Made by a program: the position numbers and the translations under genes. Positions 11,804 through 24,215 of a stretch of 64,000 bases of DNA are shown here, in pieces. The stretch is from the NCBI GenBank assembly GCA_951406725.2, contig OX597820.1:96658001-96722000 (forward strand), written 5' to 3'. The stretch is from Octopus vulgaris. Its lineage: Eukaryota. The notes below the pieces were generated by a model. It was not told where the DNA came from and ran no database searches. It worked only from the letters and a program-made list of their open reading frames with translations. The number at the start of each line of letters is the position of its first letter. Positions within the stretch are counted from its first letter, which is position 1.

Positions 11804-12378
11804 TTACTCTTTACTCTTTTACTTGTTTCAGTCATTTGACTGCGACCATGCTGGAGCACCGCCTTTAGTTGAGCAACTCGACCCCTGGACTTATTCTTTG
11901 TAAGCCCAGTACTTATTCTATCGGTCTCTTTTGCCGAACCGCTAAGTGACGGAGACGTAAACACACCAGCATCGGTTGTCAAGCAATGCTAGGAGGACAA
12001 ACACAGACATACAAACATATACACACACACACACACACATATATATATATGGCTCAGTGGTTAGAGCGTCGAGCTTACGATCGTGAGGTTGTGAGCTCGA
12101 ATCCCGGACCGGGCTGGGTGTTGTGCTCTTGAGCAAGGCACTTTATTTCATGTTGCTCCAGTTCACTCAGCTGTAGAAATGAGTTGCGACGTCACTGGTG
12201 CCAAGCTGTATCGACCTTTGTCTTTCCCTTGGATAACACTGGTAGCGTGGAGAGGGGAGGCTGGTATGCATGGGCGACTGCTGGTCTTCCATAAACAACC
12301 GTGCCCGGACTTGTGTCTAGGAGGGTAACTTTCTAGGTGCAATACCATGGTCATTCATGACCGAAGGGGGTCTTTACC

Positions 12379-12412
<34 letters not shown>

Positions 12413-12575
12413 GACAGGCTTCTTTCAGTTTCCGTCTACCAAATCCACTCACAAGGCATTGGTCGGCCCGAGTCTATAGCAGAAGACACTTGCCCAAGAT
12501 GCCACGCAGTGGGACTGAACCCGGAACCATGTGGTTGGTAAGCAAGCTACTTACCACACAGCCACTCCTGCGCCT
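11804..12575 (-). mobile_element. SINE family B interrupted in its microsatellite by a family D SINE
   Basis: 3' half at 11804-12049 and 5' half at 12382-12575 flank the insert. Confidence 0.9.
12050..12381 (+). mobile_element. tRNA-derived SINE family D; other copies at ~22256-22510 (+), ~47160-47330 (-), ~48680-48790 (-)
   Basis: A box TGGCTCAGTGG, B-box-like GAGCTCGAATCCC, body TTGAGCAAGGCACTTTATTTC..CACTCAGCTGTAGAAATGAG. Confidence 0.85.
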
Positions 12576-12934
12576 ATTTGTTTTTTTGTTTTTGTTATTC
12601 TTCGAATTCTTCCATTCAAGAAGGGTTTGGTTTCTTACAAAGTAAAATTCTCAGTCGCTGGATTTCAAATAACATCAACAGTTATAAGTTATAATTTGAA
12701 TTTTAGAATCTATATATACAATAACTTCACGGCTATAATTACAGCCTGAATTCGCAAATTTCTTGTCAACTAATCACTTTCTTTGTCCCCAGTCTTCGGG
12801 ATTAACTTTGACACTTAGTGACTTATACAAATACACAATGGCGATGAATGCAGATTTGAACTTATAATGCATGTATGTTTATTATGTTTACGTATTATTA
12901 TGAAATCTGATAATTGTCTCTCTTCTCTTTTCAG

Positions 12935-13369
12935 TTTAGTATGTTCGAGTTTCTCTCTTGGTTTAACGTCAGCAACCTGAAATATATATTAACCGTCGTA
13001 GCAGTCATTGTGGGTTTAATTGCGTTCCTATGTGTCTTCAGGAGAATAGAAGAGATTTGCCGGTGTATAACATGTTGCTGTAAATTCTTCAACATTGATT
13101 CCCTTCCAAAGATCAATGTAAACAATTCTCCTAGTTGCAACAGGGTTTTCTCGTCGAATTGGTTACGAAACAGATTTCGTCGCAGCGGTCGATCTCGAAC
13201 AATCACGCGAATCCCTAAAGCAATGAATCCACGACCCCGACCTGTCATCAACCAGCGTACTACACATAGAGTGATTCACCGCACCGTACCAGTAATTAGA
13301 CACAGAATGCCGATGAGATTCCCTTCAAGGCCACCACTCAAGATTTCGACGTTAAGATTTCCTGTTTGA
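12935..13369 (+). CDS. Probable terminal coding exon (or single coding exon from ATG 12941, 142 aa) of an unknown single-pass membrane protein
   Basis: Acceptor TTGTCTCTCTTCTCTTTTCAG with upstream CTGAT branch-like motif; open non-repetitive frame; TM YILTVVAVIVGLIAFLCVF, CRCITCCC, Arg/Pro-rich tail; AATAAA at 13629 and 13786. Confidence 0.7.
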   Translation, partial: FSMFEFLSWFNVSNLKYILTVVAVIVGLIAFLCVFRRIEEICRCITCCCKFFNIDSLPKINVNNSPSCNRVFSSNWLRNRFRRSGRSRTITRIPKAMNPRPRPVINQRTTHRVIHRTVPVIRHRMPMRFPSRPPLKISTLRFPV

Positions 13370-13424
13370 CCATCATGAAATAACATTTAGAGGACGATGA
13401 TGATCATGTTTACGCCATAGACAC

Positions 13425-13427
13425 ATG

Positions 13428-13511
<84 letters not shown>

Positions 13512-13531
13512 TATATATGTATATATGTATG

Positions 13532-13569
<38 letters not shown>

Positions 13570-13934
13570 TACACGTGTATGCATATGTATATGTTCTGAT
13601 ATATAATTCTTGGTTCATGAGAACTCGTAATAAAAGTGCCAGTACACATCATACAGAGAGAGAGAGAGGAGAGAAAGAAAGAAAGAATATAGGTACGCAC
13701 ATATTGATGTATGTATATATGAACAGTCAATCTGCAAAAAGCAATATATGCTGCCTTCTTGTATACGTTTGGATGTCCGTTGTTTAATAAAATGATTGGC
13801 AGTTTTATGCAAGGAATTCAATATAGCCGAAAATTTGTCCTAATGCTTAACGTGACAGGAAAAGAAAATCCTAATAGAAAAATAGAAATAATTTAGGGAA
13901 AGTCTTGCTTTCTATTTATTTATCATCATCATTA

Positions 13935-13978
<44 letters not shown>

Positions 13979-14050
13979 GTTATTGTTATTGTTATTATTG
14001 TTATTATGAAAAAATTTGAAATCATTATCATTATTATTATTATTATAAAT
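13425..14050. repeat. Compound microsatellites (CA)n(TA)n and (TAT/TGT)n
   Basis: Direct reading. Confidence 0.9.
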
Positions 14051-14417
14051 TAATTTTGTCTTTAAAGAAAGCAATGTTTGATCATTTTCAGTACTGTAAA
14101 GTGAGAACAGAAATTGAATATGCCATACATTATAATAATGTAACTATTAACAGAAAGTTAGTTGACTGACTTTTACTTATTTCTGATAAATGAAACATTA
14201 GTTGATTGGTTTCGTAATTCATTGAATTTGGCAGTTTTTATTGTATACATGATAGTTCGTCACACGTGACTTCCCGACTTCGTGGTTTCCGGTTCAGTCC
14301 CACTGTGCAGCACGTTGAACAAGTGTCTTCTATAATACCGAGGCGACTAAAATTTTGTGAATAAAATTGATTAGACGGAAATTGAAGGAAGCTCGTGTCG
14401 CTGTGGTAGTCGTAGTA

Positions 14418-14452
<35 letters not shown>

Positions 14453-14457
<5 letters not shown>

Positions 14458-14714
14458 CAAAATAAGCAACAAGAATATCTTCGGTAATTTGATACGATCG
14501 TTTCAGGCTACATCATTTTATTAAACATTGTAAGTATTACAACAGTTTTAAAATGTTGAGCAATCATCGGCCATTTATAATTTAAATTAGTGAAGATATT
14601 CTTGTTGCTTAGTTTGATTATAATCACCCCATGGATTTATATGGATAACACCATACAAAATTCTGGTGCATCTAGCTTAAGTACCATATTCATTTGAATC
14701 TAAATTTTGCTGAA

Positions 14715-14718
<4 letters not shown>
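14453..14718 (-). mobile_element. Penelope-like non-coding element with inverted end and degenerate hammerhead
   Basis: (TA)n on both sides; 30-bp inverted repeat 14453-14482/14592-14621; minus strand CCGATGA...long stem II...GAAA CGATCG TA at 14490-14573. Confidence 0.55.
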
Positions 14719-14767
<49 letters not shown>

Positions 14768-15646
14768 TTCAACTTTACAGAAAATAAAACAATTCAGAGA
14801 CAAGTGAGGAAATAACAAGCAGGTGTAATGATTCTACGCTGCATCTAAATGTAAATTTAGATGCAGCGTAAATATAAAATCTACATACGTATCTGGAAGA
14901 CTGGTAATATGCAAATATGCTTCAAGAGGACACAGCTTGGATTGAAACCCAATCTACAATAAGTGTGTGTGTGTGTGCAGCGGAGTATTTGTTTACATTT
15001 GTGGTCAACAAAAAGTAACGATCACCGAGCGGTGTTACTGCTACTTTTATCAACCAACAGTCTGCTCACCTGGTGCTTTCAAAGATGAGTGAAGTAAGAG
15101 ACTTTTTACTTGAAAAACGAGTAATGGTTAACGACAGGGAGAGTAAACGGCTGTAAAACGATGCCTCCGTTATATATTCGCCTAACCTATGGTAGCATTG
15201 GAAAACGGAAGTAAAGCGAACGAACGAAATGTCAAATCTGGATTATCCGAGCATCAGCTATTCAAAAATAGGACTCAGACTAAGATTTCAAACACCCTTG
15301 AATGTATAATTACCCATAGTGAGTAATCCAAACACAAGAATATTACTGGTAATGTCACTACATATATGGTTGTGTTATACTGTTATGATTAATATGTTGA
15401 ATGAAAAAATAGTAATAATAAACTGAGAGGAAAGGATTATCTTCGACATTATTATTAATAACATTAACCATATGTACAATTTGTTATTTGGAAGTTATGT
15501 ATGTAAATTGAGAAATAATGAAATTACCGAAAGATAAGAGCTGAAAGATTTTATATAAATGTAGGATGTGGCCTTCGGACACAAGAATAATCGCTTGGAG
15601 AGAAAAGTAAGGAATGAGAATTATCATATTAAACGTGGGTCTAACG

Positions 15647-18507
15647 CAGTGTTTCCCAAACTTTTCCCGCTAAATTGCAATATCACCCACCTATCGGCCA
15701 AAAAATGCTCCATCGCCCACCTGTGTAAAAAAAACCTGACACAACCCCACCAACACAAAATCCCCTAGCCCCCACCCCGTATCATTTGACACACTCTATA
15801 TCGTAGACTCGTTGCCCTGTTAGTGCCGTTTGTACTAAATATTCGGTTGTTTACAATCCCCTTATTGTGGGTTCAGTTTTGCCATTAGTGTCAAAATTCT
15901 AACGTTAGCTTTATATTGTATTATAAAGGAAAAGAATAAAGCTTTTTAATGAGAACTATGTGTCTGGTGCGATGCAACTAGTGCAGATACATTCGGTTTC
16001 AAACCTGTTGACTTTAAACGCAAGTCTCGTTGTATTACATCCAATTCAATTTTTTTGTGGGAAAATAAAGTTCCAGCATGGTTAAAACCAGATTCAATAA
16101 GATATGAGGTAGGGAAGGCAGGCAAAAGTAATTTCAGATGTTTCCACAGATTGGGGTAGGAATTTAATATACTCTGATGGTACCACAAACCTTCTTTGCC
16201 ATTATGGCGATATCGCATTGTTGCATCATTGTCATTTTGTAATTCTATCAATTTCTACTGAATATCATCCTCGCAATTGACTGCATCCACCTCAAATGGA
16301 TTGCTATAGCAATTTGGAATATTCAGCACAATAACATCTTGAAATCGCTCCACCATGTTATCGTGCAATGATTGTAAATAGTTACGATATATATTTAAAT
16401 CCTCATCAACTAATTCATCTTTCAAAGAATCAAGTTGTGGAAATTGATAAAATTGACGTTTTGAAATAGGCTTATACAACACCAATTTCGAAATGAAGGT
16501 TGTGATAAATGATTTACAATCAACGAGAGTTTTTATGTTTACTTGCAACAACTTATTCAAATCATTTAATTTTGTGAATATCATAAAGAAAAAAAGATAT
16601 CGCATCTTGCAGCCATCAATGAAGCGGATAGTGGAGTATCTTCAAAGAAAGATATGATAAAATGAAATAGTTCAACAAAGCGTAAAATACAGTTTCCTTT
16701 TGACAGACACCGCACTTCGGTAGGATATAAGAGTTTAGTATGGTCCTCATCATTTCTTAGACAGAGTTGACGGCAAATTCGATCAGACAAGGGACTGGAC
16801 TTCAATTTGTTCGCAGTTTTGATAACTAACTGTAGCGCACCATTCAACTTACCGTTCATATTTTTTGCCACTAAATGCTGCCAGTGTGCCAAGCAATGAA
16901 CAGTTAGTATCTGGTGGGAAATTTCACGCTTTACGAAAGATGAAAAACATCTGTATCTTCCTATCATTGAAGGGGCTCCATCAAATGCACAGGCAAGAAA
17001 ATTATTGAGTGGGATATTATGTTCAAAAAGGAAAGGCTTCGGAGTGTGAAAAATAAATAGTTGCACCTCTTGAATGAGACGGCAATTTCTCTGTGAACAG
17101 CATTTCCTCACAAGGTTGAAGGTCTTCGCTGAAATACTGAACATATACCATCATCAATCATTGATTGTCCACAACAGCTGTCTCATCCACTTGTATAGAA
17201 AATTCAGAACGCTGGAGAATATTAATGAGCTGATGTTTGACATCGTTGGTCATTTCATCGATGCTTCGAGAAATTGTGTTATTACAAAGAGGGATCTTCA
17301 TAACGTTATCGAGTTTTTCATGCATAACGAATGACAAAACCTCTTCGATGACTGAATGAAGAAATGTTTTTCCAATTGTGTGAAACTTCCCAGACTTAGC
17401 AACAAGCAATGCAACGTTGTACAATGCAATCAATCCGTCAGTTCCCTGTTTACTAGTTTCCTGGAGTAGCGAGTTGAATGTTTGTATTTACTTTTTGAAA
17501 GAGGAGCCTAGTTGCAAAAAGTATGATAAGGGCCTGTCCTTCTTGTCAGAATACTTTGCATCAAAGTGATACTTCAAGCGTGAAGGTTTCATTGATTCGT
17601 TGGTCAATATTTGTTGCAAAGAAGGCACATTGGTAACTGACAGTTCTGCGGAGAGGGAATAAATCCAAATGATAAATAATCACTACTGTACTGTCGACAA
17701 ATTTTCTTAACGGGAACCATCAGTAAAGTGAAAATGCGTAAACGAATTTCTACAGATGGCGTCAGAAAGGCAGTATGGTATTCCCAAAGAGAAGTCAACA
17801 GAGCAGAGTCAGATGACACGTCCTTACTAGAACAAATACAGATCTAGTTCGTTTGACTGCCAGCATTTCAAAATTTAAAGTTTATCGAAAATTTTAGAAT
17901 TTGGCACATTAACGTACCTTTCCAAGCTAAATTGCTGGAGTTATTCAACTTTTTCCAGAAAAATGTTTTAAAAAAGTTATAGAGATTTAAAGTTTGATCA
18001 TTTTCACCCAATCAGGAAATACGATTTCAAAGCTGTCATTTTGTGCGTGACTGCACATTTTGTCAACATCCTGAAAATAGCACTTGTGTTTTGTTATGAA
18101 ACCACAGAATTACGCACGACATATAACCCCTTATACCTTTTTTTTTTCTGAGTTTTCAGGAAATTTTTGCGAATTTGAATTCTACACACGGGACTTCATA
18201 CTATTATGCCAAAACAAAAAAAAATGGTGAAGTGTGGGCCTAGGCCTATTTGGCAACTATTTTTAGCACGCATGACAACCATCTCAATGACTGCGACAAA
18301 AATATGCACTCGATAAATAAGTCCGCGTTTTTAATACAAAGGGACGCAAAAGTGCAACCTTATTCTAGGCCTGCCTAGATATCAGTAAATGCAGACTTAA
18401 TTTCTAAATATTCATTGTCACTCACAAAATGTTCATATCGCCCGCCAAAATCTCAAATCACCAACCATTTTCTAGAAATTCGCTCATTGCCCTCTTGGGA
18501 AGCTATG
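15647..18507 (-). mobile_element. hAT (Buster/Charlie-type) DNA transposon, decayed
   Basis: Left TIR CAGTGTTTCCCAA, degenerate right TIR TTGGGAAGCTATG; 8-bp flanks GTCTAACG/GGCTAAAG with central TA. Confidence 0.85.
15946..17720 (-). pseudogene. Frameshifted hAT transposase of the ZBED5/SCAND3/FAM200-like type
   Basis: RQYSSDYLSFGF..PMCLLC (BED finger), FSIQVDET, FDGAPSMIG, HCLAHWQHL, TEVRCLSKG, FPTSYLIESGF, RDLRLK. Confidence 0.9.
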
Positions 18508-18944
18508 GGCTAAAGACACATCGCCTTTGGCTGCCATAAAAATCTGAACTCCGGTTTGTTTATATAAGCTCGCCAAAAAGTTCTAGAATATTCCATGTGT
18601 CGTTTAGACAAGAAAAGTAAACTTTCTTTTTTTGTTTAATAACATCCATCAAAAACTGACGCCAAAGGTTGGCTGGAAAAAATAGCAAGAGTTGATGATA
18701 TAACTAAAATTGACTCCGGTCAGAATTACCAATATCGTAATATTATACATCAGACTAAGGCGGCAAGCTGACAGAATCGCTAGCACGCCGGGTAAAATGC
18801 TCAGTAGCATTTTGTCCGTCTTTACATTCTGAGTTCAAATTCCGCCGAGGTCCACTTTGCCTTTCATCTTTTCAAGGTCGATAAAATAAGTACTAGTTGA
18901 ACACTAGCGTCGATGTAATTGACTTAGACCCTTCCCCAATCCCG

Positions 18945-20397
18945 TTGGTTTCCGTTCGACTGTCGATTCGCTTTCTTACCACTAACATAACAGAAGACAG
19001 CGCTAAGGTTTCTTAGCTTTTAAATCGTTCTATATAATCCTTTTTATGGTTTAAAATTATTTGAGTAAATATTTAGAGTGACAGAGTGAGATCAAAGCAG
19101 CAAACCAATCGATATGTGAAAGCACGCCGGGCGAAATGCGTAGAAGGCGGCGAGCTGGCAGAAACGTTAGCACGCCGGGCGAAATGCTTAGCGGTATTTC
19201 GTCTGCAATTACGTTCTGAGTTCAAATTCCGCCGCGGTCGACTTTGCCTTTCATCCTTTCGGGGTCGATAAATTAAGTACCAGTTAAGTACTGGGGTCGA
19301 TGTAATCGACTTAATCCGTTTGTCCCCTCTATATTTAGCCCCTTGTGGGTAATAAAGAAACGGATAGGTGAAATTTGAAACCAGGATTATTCACCAGAAT
19401 TTCGAACTATATGTGCTTTGATTAGAAGTGTTACCAATATAGGGGCATGTTTGCTGCTTTAATCTCACTCTGTCACTCTTTAAACATTTGCTTAAATAAT
19501 TTTAAACCATAAAACCGATTATACAGAATGATAAGAAAAACCAGCGCTATCTTATTTCATTCTAAGTACGACTTCGTTCCGCTAACGACTTTGCTGTTTG
19601 CTGTCAGTGAAGAAAGCGAAAAGACAGTCGAAGTGAAAAGTAACATGTTGCAGCTTCTGAATAGTAGTGAAAGAGACCGTAGATTGCAAAGTATATTTTA
19701 TCGACTGGATGACATAAAACTCTGCAAACATGGCTGCTTTTATGTAATTATATTCAGTGAGGCTTCCTTTGTTTGTAATGAGAAAACTTATTCGAAGAAC
19801 AAACTCGTTGGGATAAGCGAGGTTTAACCTGTATATAAATAGTATATTGGTAACTATTCCACATTCACTTTGAAGAACAATATATTCTATACAAGCTAAT
19901 GCAGTCATTTGTAATCGAAGACAAAATTCAATATTCCAGTTAAGAATAAAACGTATGCACATATACTAAATACTAAAGGAAGGAGCCAATGCGGGAGCTT
20001 CTGTGGTCGCTCGATCTACTTGCGAAGGCAACTTAACAACATCTGATTATATTATGTTTCATGAACAGGATATAAGCTTGGATAATGTAGTCCCAGATAA
20101 AAGAACCGGATATATATAATATATATATAGATAGATATTATATATGCTATATATATAGATATTATTATTGCCCCTATATTGGTAACACTTCTAATCAAAG
20201 CACATATAGTGGAGCCTTCCATGAATTCGACCTTGGAAACATGTTCGAAATTCTGGTGAATAATCCTGGTTTTAAATTTCACATATCGATTGGTTTGCTG
20301 CTTTGATCTCACTCTGTCACTCTAAACATTTGCTTAAATAACTTTAAACCATAAAAAGGATTATATAGAACGATTTAAAAGCTAAGAAACCTTAGCG
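18945..20397. repeat. Locally triplicated segment in mixed orientation, one copy carrying a family A SINE (19121-19360)
   Basis: Copy 1 (+) 18945-19447; inverted copy ~19449-19640; inverted copy 20169-20397; marker AGAGTGACAGAGTGAGATCAAAGCAGCAAAC. Confidence 0.8.
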
Positions 20398-20693
20398 GTC
20401 ACTTAGCGGTTCGGCAAAAGAGACCGATAGAATAAGTACTGGGCTTCCAAAGAATAAGTCCCGGGGTCGAGTTGCTCGACTAAAGTCGGTGCTCCAGCAT
20501 GGCCGCAGTCGAATGACTGAAACAAGTAAAAGAGTAAAAAGAGAGTTTATATAGATATAGATATAGAAGTAACAGAGTGACTCAAGAGTTTCGTGCGTTG
20601 GCACTTACCAAGCTAAAAATATCAAAATATCAAGCTAAAAATATACATATACTCATTCTGAGTTCTATTTTCCTGTTTGCATCACCATACTTA

Positions 20694-20765
20694 TACATAC
20701 ATACATACATACATACATACATACATACATACATACATACATACATACATACATACATACATACA

Positions 20766-20794
<29 letters not shown>
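20694..20794. repeat. (TACA)n microsatellite
   Basis: Pure tetranucleotide run. Confidence 0.95.
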
Positions 20795-20797
<3 letters not shown>

Positions 20798-21231
20798 GAG
20801 TACTATTGGATTACTTGAATTCATATACTGTGACTAAAATCTACACACACACACACTGAGAGATTAAAGGAGATAGATATGTAACAGAGTTTGAAGTAAG
20901 TCAGAAAATATTACTAAACAAGGACTCTATAGGATGTTAAAAAAGAAGAAAGCAAAAAAAAAAATAATAAATAAGCAAAGGAGAGTGATCATTGTATATT
21001 GATACCTAAATTATGCAATACTGATAAGATTTAATACAATTGAAACATGTCCTTCGTCTTCACTTTGGTTTTAAAAACCTGATCTACTGCGATTTGTACC
21101 TTAGTCAAGTCTGTTAACATGTTTGTGCGAGGAATTGCTGGGAATCCATGAAAGAAACGAGCTCAAACTATTACTGAGCTTAAACTCAGTTCACCTATGT
21201 TCGATGTTATAGTTTCCTCATTTATATCGGA

Positions 21232-21533
21232 CTAGCAGTATCGCCCGGCGTTGCTCGGGTTTGTAAGGGAAATAACTATATAAGCATTTTTAGAGAGTTA
21301 CTTCCCTTATATAAACCGAGCAAAAAATGCATTAAAATGCGGAAAAATAATGGTAAATTTTTTTTTAATCGTAGAAAAATCGTAGACGCGCGCTAATACC
21401 CAGAAGGGCTCGATATGAATCACGACTATAAGATACCCGCTTTTGGTTAAACTGCACCGCAAAATGTGAGAGTAGTTAGGAATCTAAATCGGAGTAGACA
21501 CACACACACACAATTCAGTTTTATATATAAAGA
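21232..21533 (-). mobile_element. Non-autonomous Helitron, short derivative
   Basis: Minus strand A|TCTTTATATATAAAACTG...CCCGAGCAACGCCGGGCGATACTGCTAG|T: 5' TC, subterminal GC hairpin, 3' CTAG, A-T target. Confidence 0.85.
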
Positions 21534-21847
21534 TGTAATCGATGGTTGTGTCTCTCATATGTGAGGACATTTGGTCAAAGAACTCACCTGACTTGTTCAT
21601 CTGCCTGTTGTAGCTCTGCAGGGAAATGAAAACATTCAGTATTTTCACATATCCTTGTGTGGATGGGCTTGCCTAATTCCTAGAAACAATTACTCTGTGA
21701 TGCACTGTGGTTGATGCTTTAGCTAATTTGTAGAAAACTTTAGCTTGCTATTATATTTTCAATAGCCCTAATTTCTCAATCGGTTGCTTCCCTTCCAAGG
21801 TGGTGTTTGATTTTGTTCTTAATTTCTAGGAGTGTTTATATTAAGCA

Positions 21848-22231
21848 GTGGAGGCGCAATGGCCCAGTGGTTAGGGCAGCGGACTCGCGGTCATAGGATC
21901 GCGGTTTCGATTCCCAGACCGGGCGCTGTGAGTGTTTATTGAGCGAAAACACCTAAAGCTCCACGAGGCTCCGGCAGGGGATGGTGGTGATCCCTGCTGT
22001 ACTCTTTCACCACAACTTTCTCTCACTCTTACTTCCTGTTTCTGTTGTACCTGTATTTCAAAGGGCCGGCCTTGTCACTCTCTGTGTCACGCTGAATATC
22101 CCCGAGAACTACGTTAAGAGTACACGTGTCTGTGGAGTACTCAGCCACTTACACGTTAATTTCACGAGCAGGCTGTTCCGTTGATTCGGATCAACTGGAA
22201 TTCTCGTCGTCGTAACCGACGGAGTGCTTCC
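21848..22231 (+). mobile_element. tRNA-derived SINE family E; near-identical copy at 49627-50008 (-)
   Basis: A box TGGCCCAGTGG, B box GGTTTCGATTCCC, tail CTCGTCGTCGTAACCGACGGAGTGC. Confidence 0.88.
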
Positions 22232-22540
22232 ATATATTAAGCAACGAAGGCGAAAAGCTCAGTGGCTAGAGCATCGGACTCACAATCATGAGGTAATGAG
22301 TTCGATTTCCAGACCGGGCTGTGTTTTATTCTTGAGCAAGACACTTTATTTCCCGTTACTACAGTTCACTCAGCTATAGAAATGAGCTGCGACGTCACTG
22401 GTGCCAAGCTGTATCAGCCTCCGCCTTTCCTTTGGATAACGTTGGTGGCATGGAGAGGGAGGCTGGTATGCATGGATGACTGCTGGTCTTCCTTAACCTT
22501 GCCCAGACCTTTAAAACCGAAAATTATCCAAAAAATTTAC

Positions 22541-23060
22541 AAATGGAAATTTTAATTAACTTCCATTTCCCTTTGATATGATTAAATATTGTAAGCTTTT
22601 AGGATAATTTTCAGTTTTAAAAGTTGGTGGGTTTTTTTATTGCCGGCGAAGGATTGCGGCTGCGCAGTAGATTTTGAAAAAGTTAGGACGTATAGGGCAA
22701 GTAGTTTTGATCATCCCGTGTGTATACGTTTAACCCTAGGTAGTCCTGCTGAAGAAGATTGCACTTAGCGAGTTCCTTGACTTGCTAAACTAAAATCAGA
22801 ACCCAATTGGTCCAAGAAACTAGATGGTAAAATGTTTTTCATTTTTCAATTCGTTCCTGTCGAATTTTATCTCTAATATTTGTGGTTATAGAACCTAGCT
22901 GTTCTTTCTAGCATGTCGAATTCCTATAAGTGGATTCCTTATGTGTTTAAATATACACTATATTGTATGACCAATATATAGTCTTTTTGACTAACATTTT
23001 TTACACGTTAGACCACTGGAAATGTAAATTTTAATTAATTTCCATTTCCCTTTGATATGA
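22541..23060 (+). mobile_element. Non-coding hammerhead-bearing element with terminal direct repeat (Penelope pLTR/retrozyme-like)
   Basis: 41-nt direct repeat 22541-22581/23020-23060 (2 mismatches, period 479 nt), internal hammerhead motif, followed by long (TA)n. Confidence 0.65.
22741..22822 (+). ncRNA. Type I hammerhead motif with extended stem II, slightly mutated
   Basis: tagtcctg CTGAAGA agatt..ttagcgagt-tccttg-acttgctaa..aatca GAAC ccaattgg TC caagaaacta; GAAC replaces GAAA. Confidence 0.65.
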
Positions 23061-23132
<72 letters not shown>

Positions 23133-23528
23133 TGGTTTGTTTATCTTCCCGTAGCTTAGCAGCTTGGCAAATAGTACCCAATAGAATAAATACCAAGCTT
23201 TAAGAAAGTAAGTACTTGGGTCAATTTGTTCGACTAAACCCTCTAAAACGGGGCCCTTACATGGTCATACTGTAATGACTGAAACAAGTGGAAGATAAAA
23301 GGTAAAAGTAACAATACTTCGAATTTCTCTACCCATTTTAGAAGCTTTATTCCTATCAGATAGAATTGTATGCTATTGACATCATGACCATTTAGAAACT
23401 TCGAGAGAACGTGAAATAACTCATTTTAAGGGACAGTGATACTCTAAGCATATAAAGCTATAGATAATACCGTGTAAATATTTGAGCCAATATTCATATC
23501 TCGAAGCTTCTAAATTCTTATGATATCC

Positions 23529-23587
<59 letters not shown>

Positions 23588-23859
23588 GTGTATAGGTGGT
23601 GACAAGAAGAAATGTCCATTCACAGACACTTTTTCCTTTTATCGTTTCCTTTACTTGTTTCAGTCATCAGATAGCGGCCATGCTGGAGCACCACCTTGAA
23701 TTTTTTTTAGTCGAATGGATCAACCGAACGTAAACACACTAAAATCGGTTGTCAAGAGGTAGTGGGGAACAATCACAGACACAAAAACACACACACAGAT
23801 ATATACATACACCCACAAACACACACACACACATATATATATATAACCGGTTTCTTTCT

Positions 23860-24215
23860 GCGTGGCTCCTTGGGCAAGTGTCTTCTACTATAGCCTCGGG
23901 CCGACCAAAGCCTTGTGAGTGGATTCGGTAGACGGAAACTGAAAAGAAGCCCGTTGTATATATGTATATATATATATATGTGTGTGTGTGTGAGTGTGTG
24001 TGTGTGTGTGTGTGTATTTGTCCCCCAAAATCGCTTGACAACCGATGCTGGTGTGTTTACGTCCCCGTCACTTAGCGGTTCGGCAAAAGAGACCGATAGA
24101 ATAAGTACTAGGCTTCCAAAGAATAAGTCCTGGGGTCGATTTGCTCGACTAAAGGCGGTGCTCCAGCATGACCACAGTCACATGACTGAAACAAGTAAAA
24201 GAGTAAACGAGTAAG
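23860..24215 (+). mobile_element. SINE family B, 5'-truncated
   Basis: Same body and tail as 10056-10432. Confidence 0.88.

Noticed and set aside
12931-13251. 106-aa antisense ORF over the candidate exon
   Set aside because: Shadow ORF; splice, TM and polyA evidence favour the + strand
13373-13821. Overlapping ORFs rich in YI/HT/CV (likewise at 20577, 33891, 35945, 50218, 54603, 55652, 58627, 63467)
   Set aside because: Microsatellite artefacts
15946-17819. Possible domesticated ZBED5/SCAND3-like host gene
   Set aside because: Multiple frameshifts and stops; still bounded by TIR/TSD remnants
20210-20250. GAAA-CATG-TT motif in the triplicated segment
   Set aside because: No CTGANGA half-core or stem II
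21021-21051. Hammerhead-like CTGATAA-gatt..aatt-GAAA-CATG-TC
   Set aside because: Core G mutated and no stem I pairing; possible decayed copy, not counted
21848-21930. tRNA-like sequence with A and B boxes
   Set aside because: Head of a multicopy SINE; no proper cloverleaf or terminator
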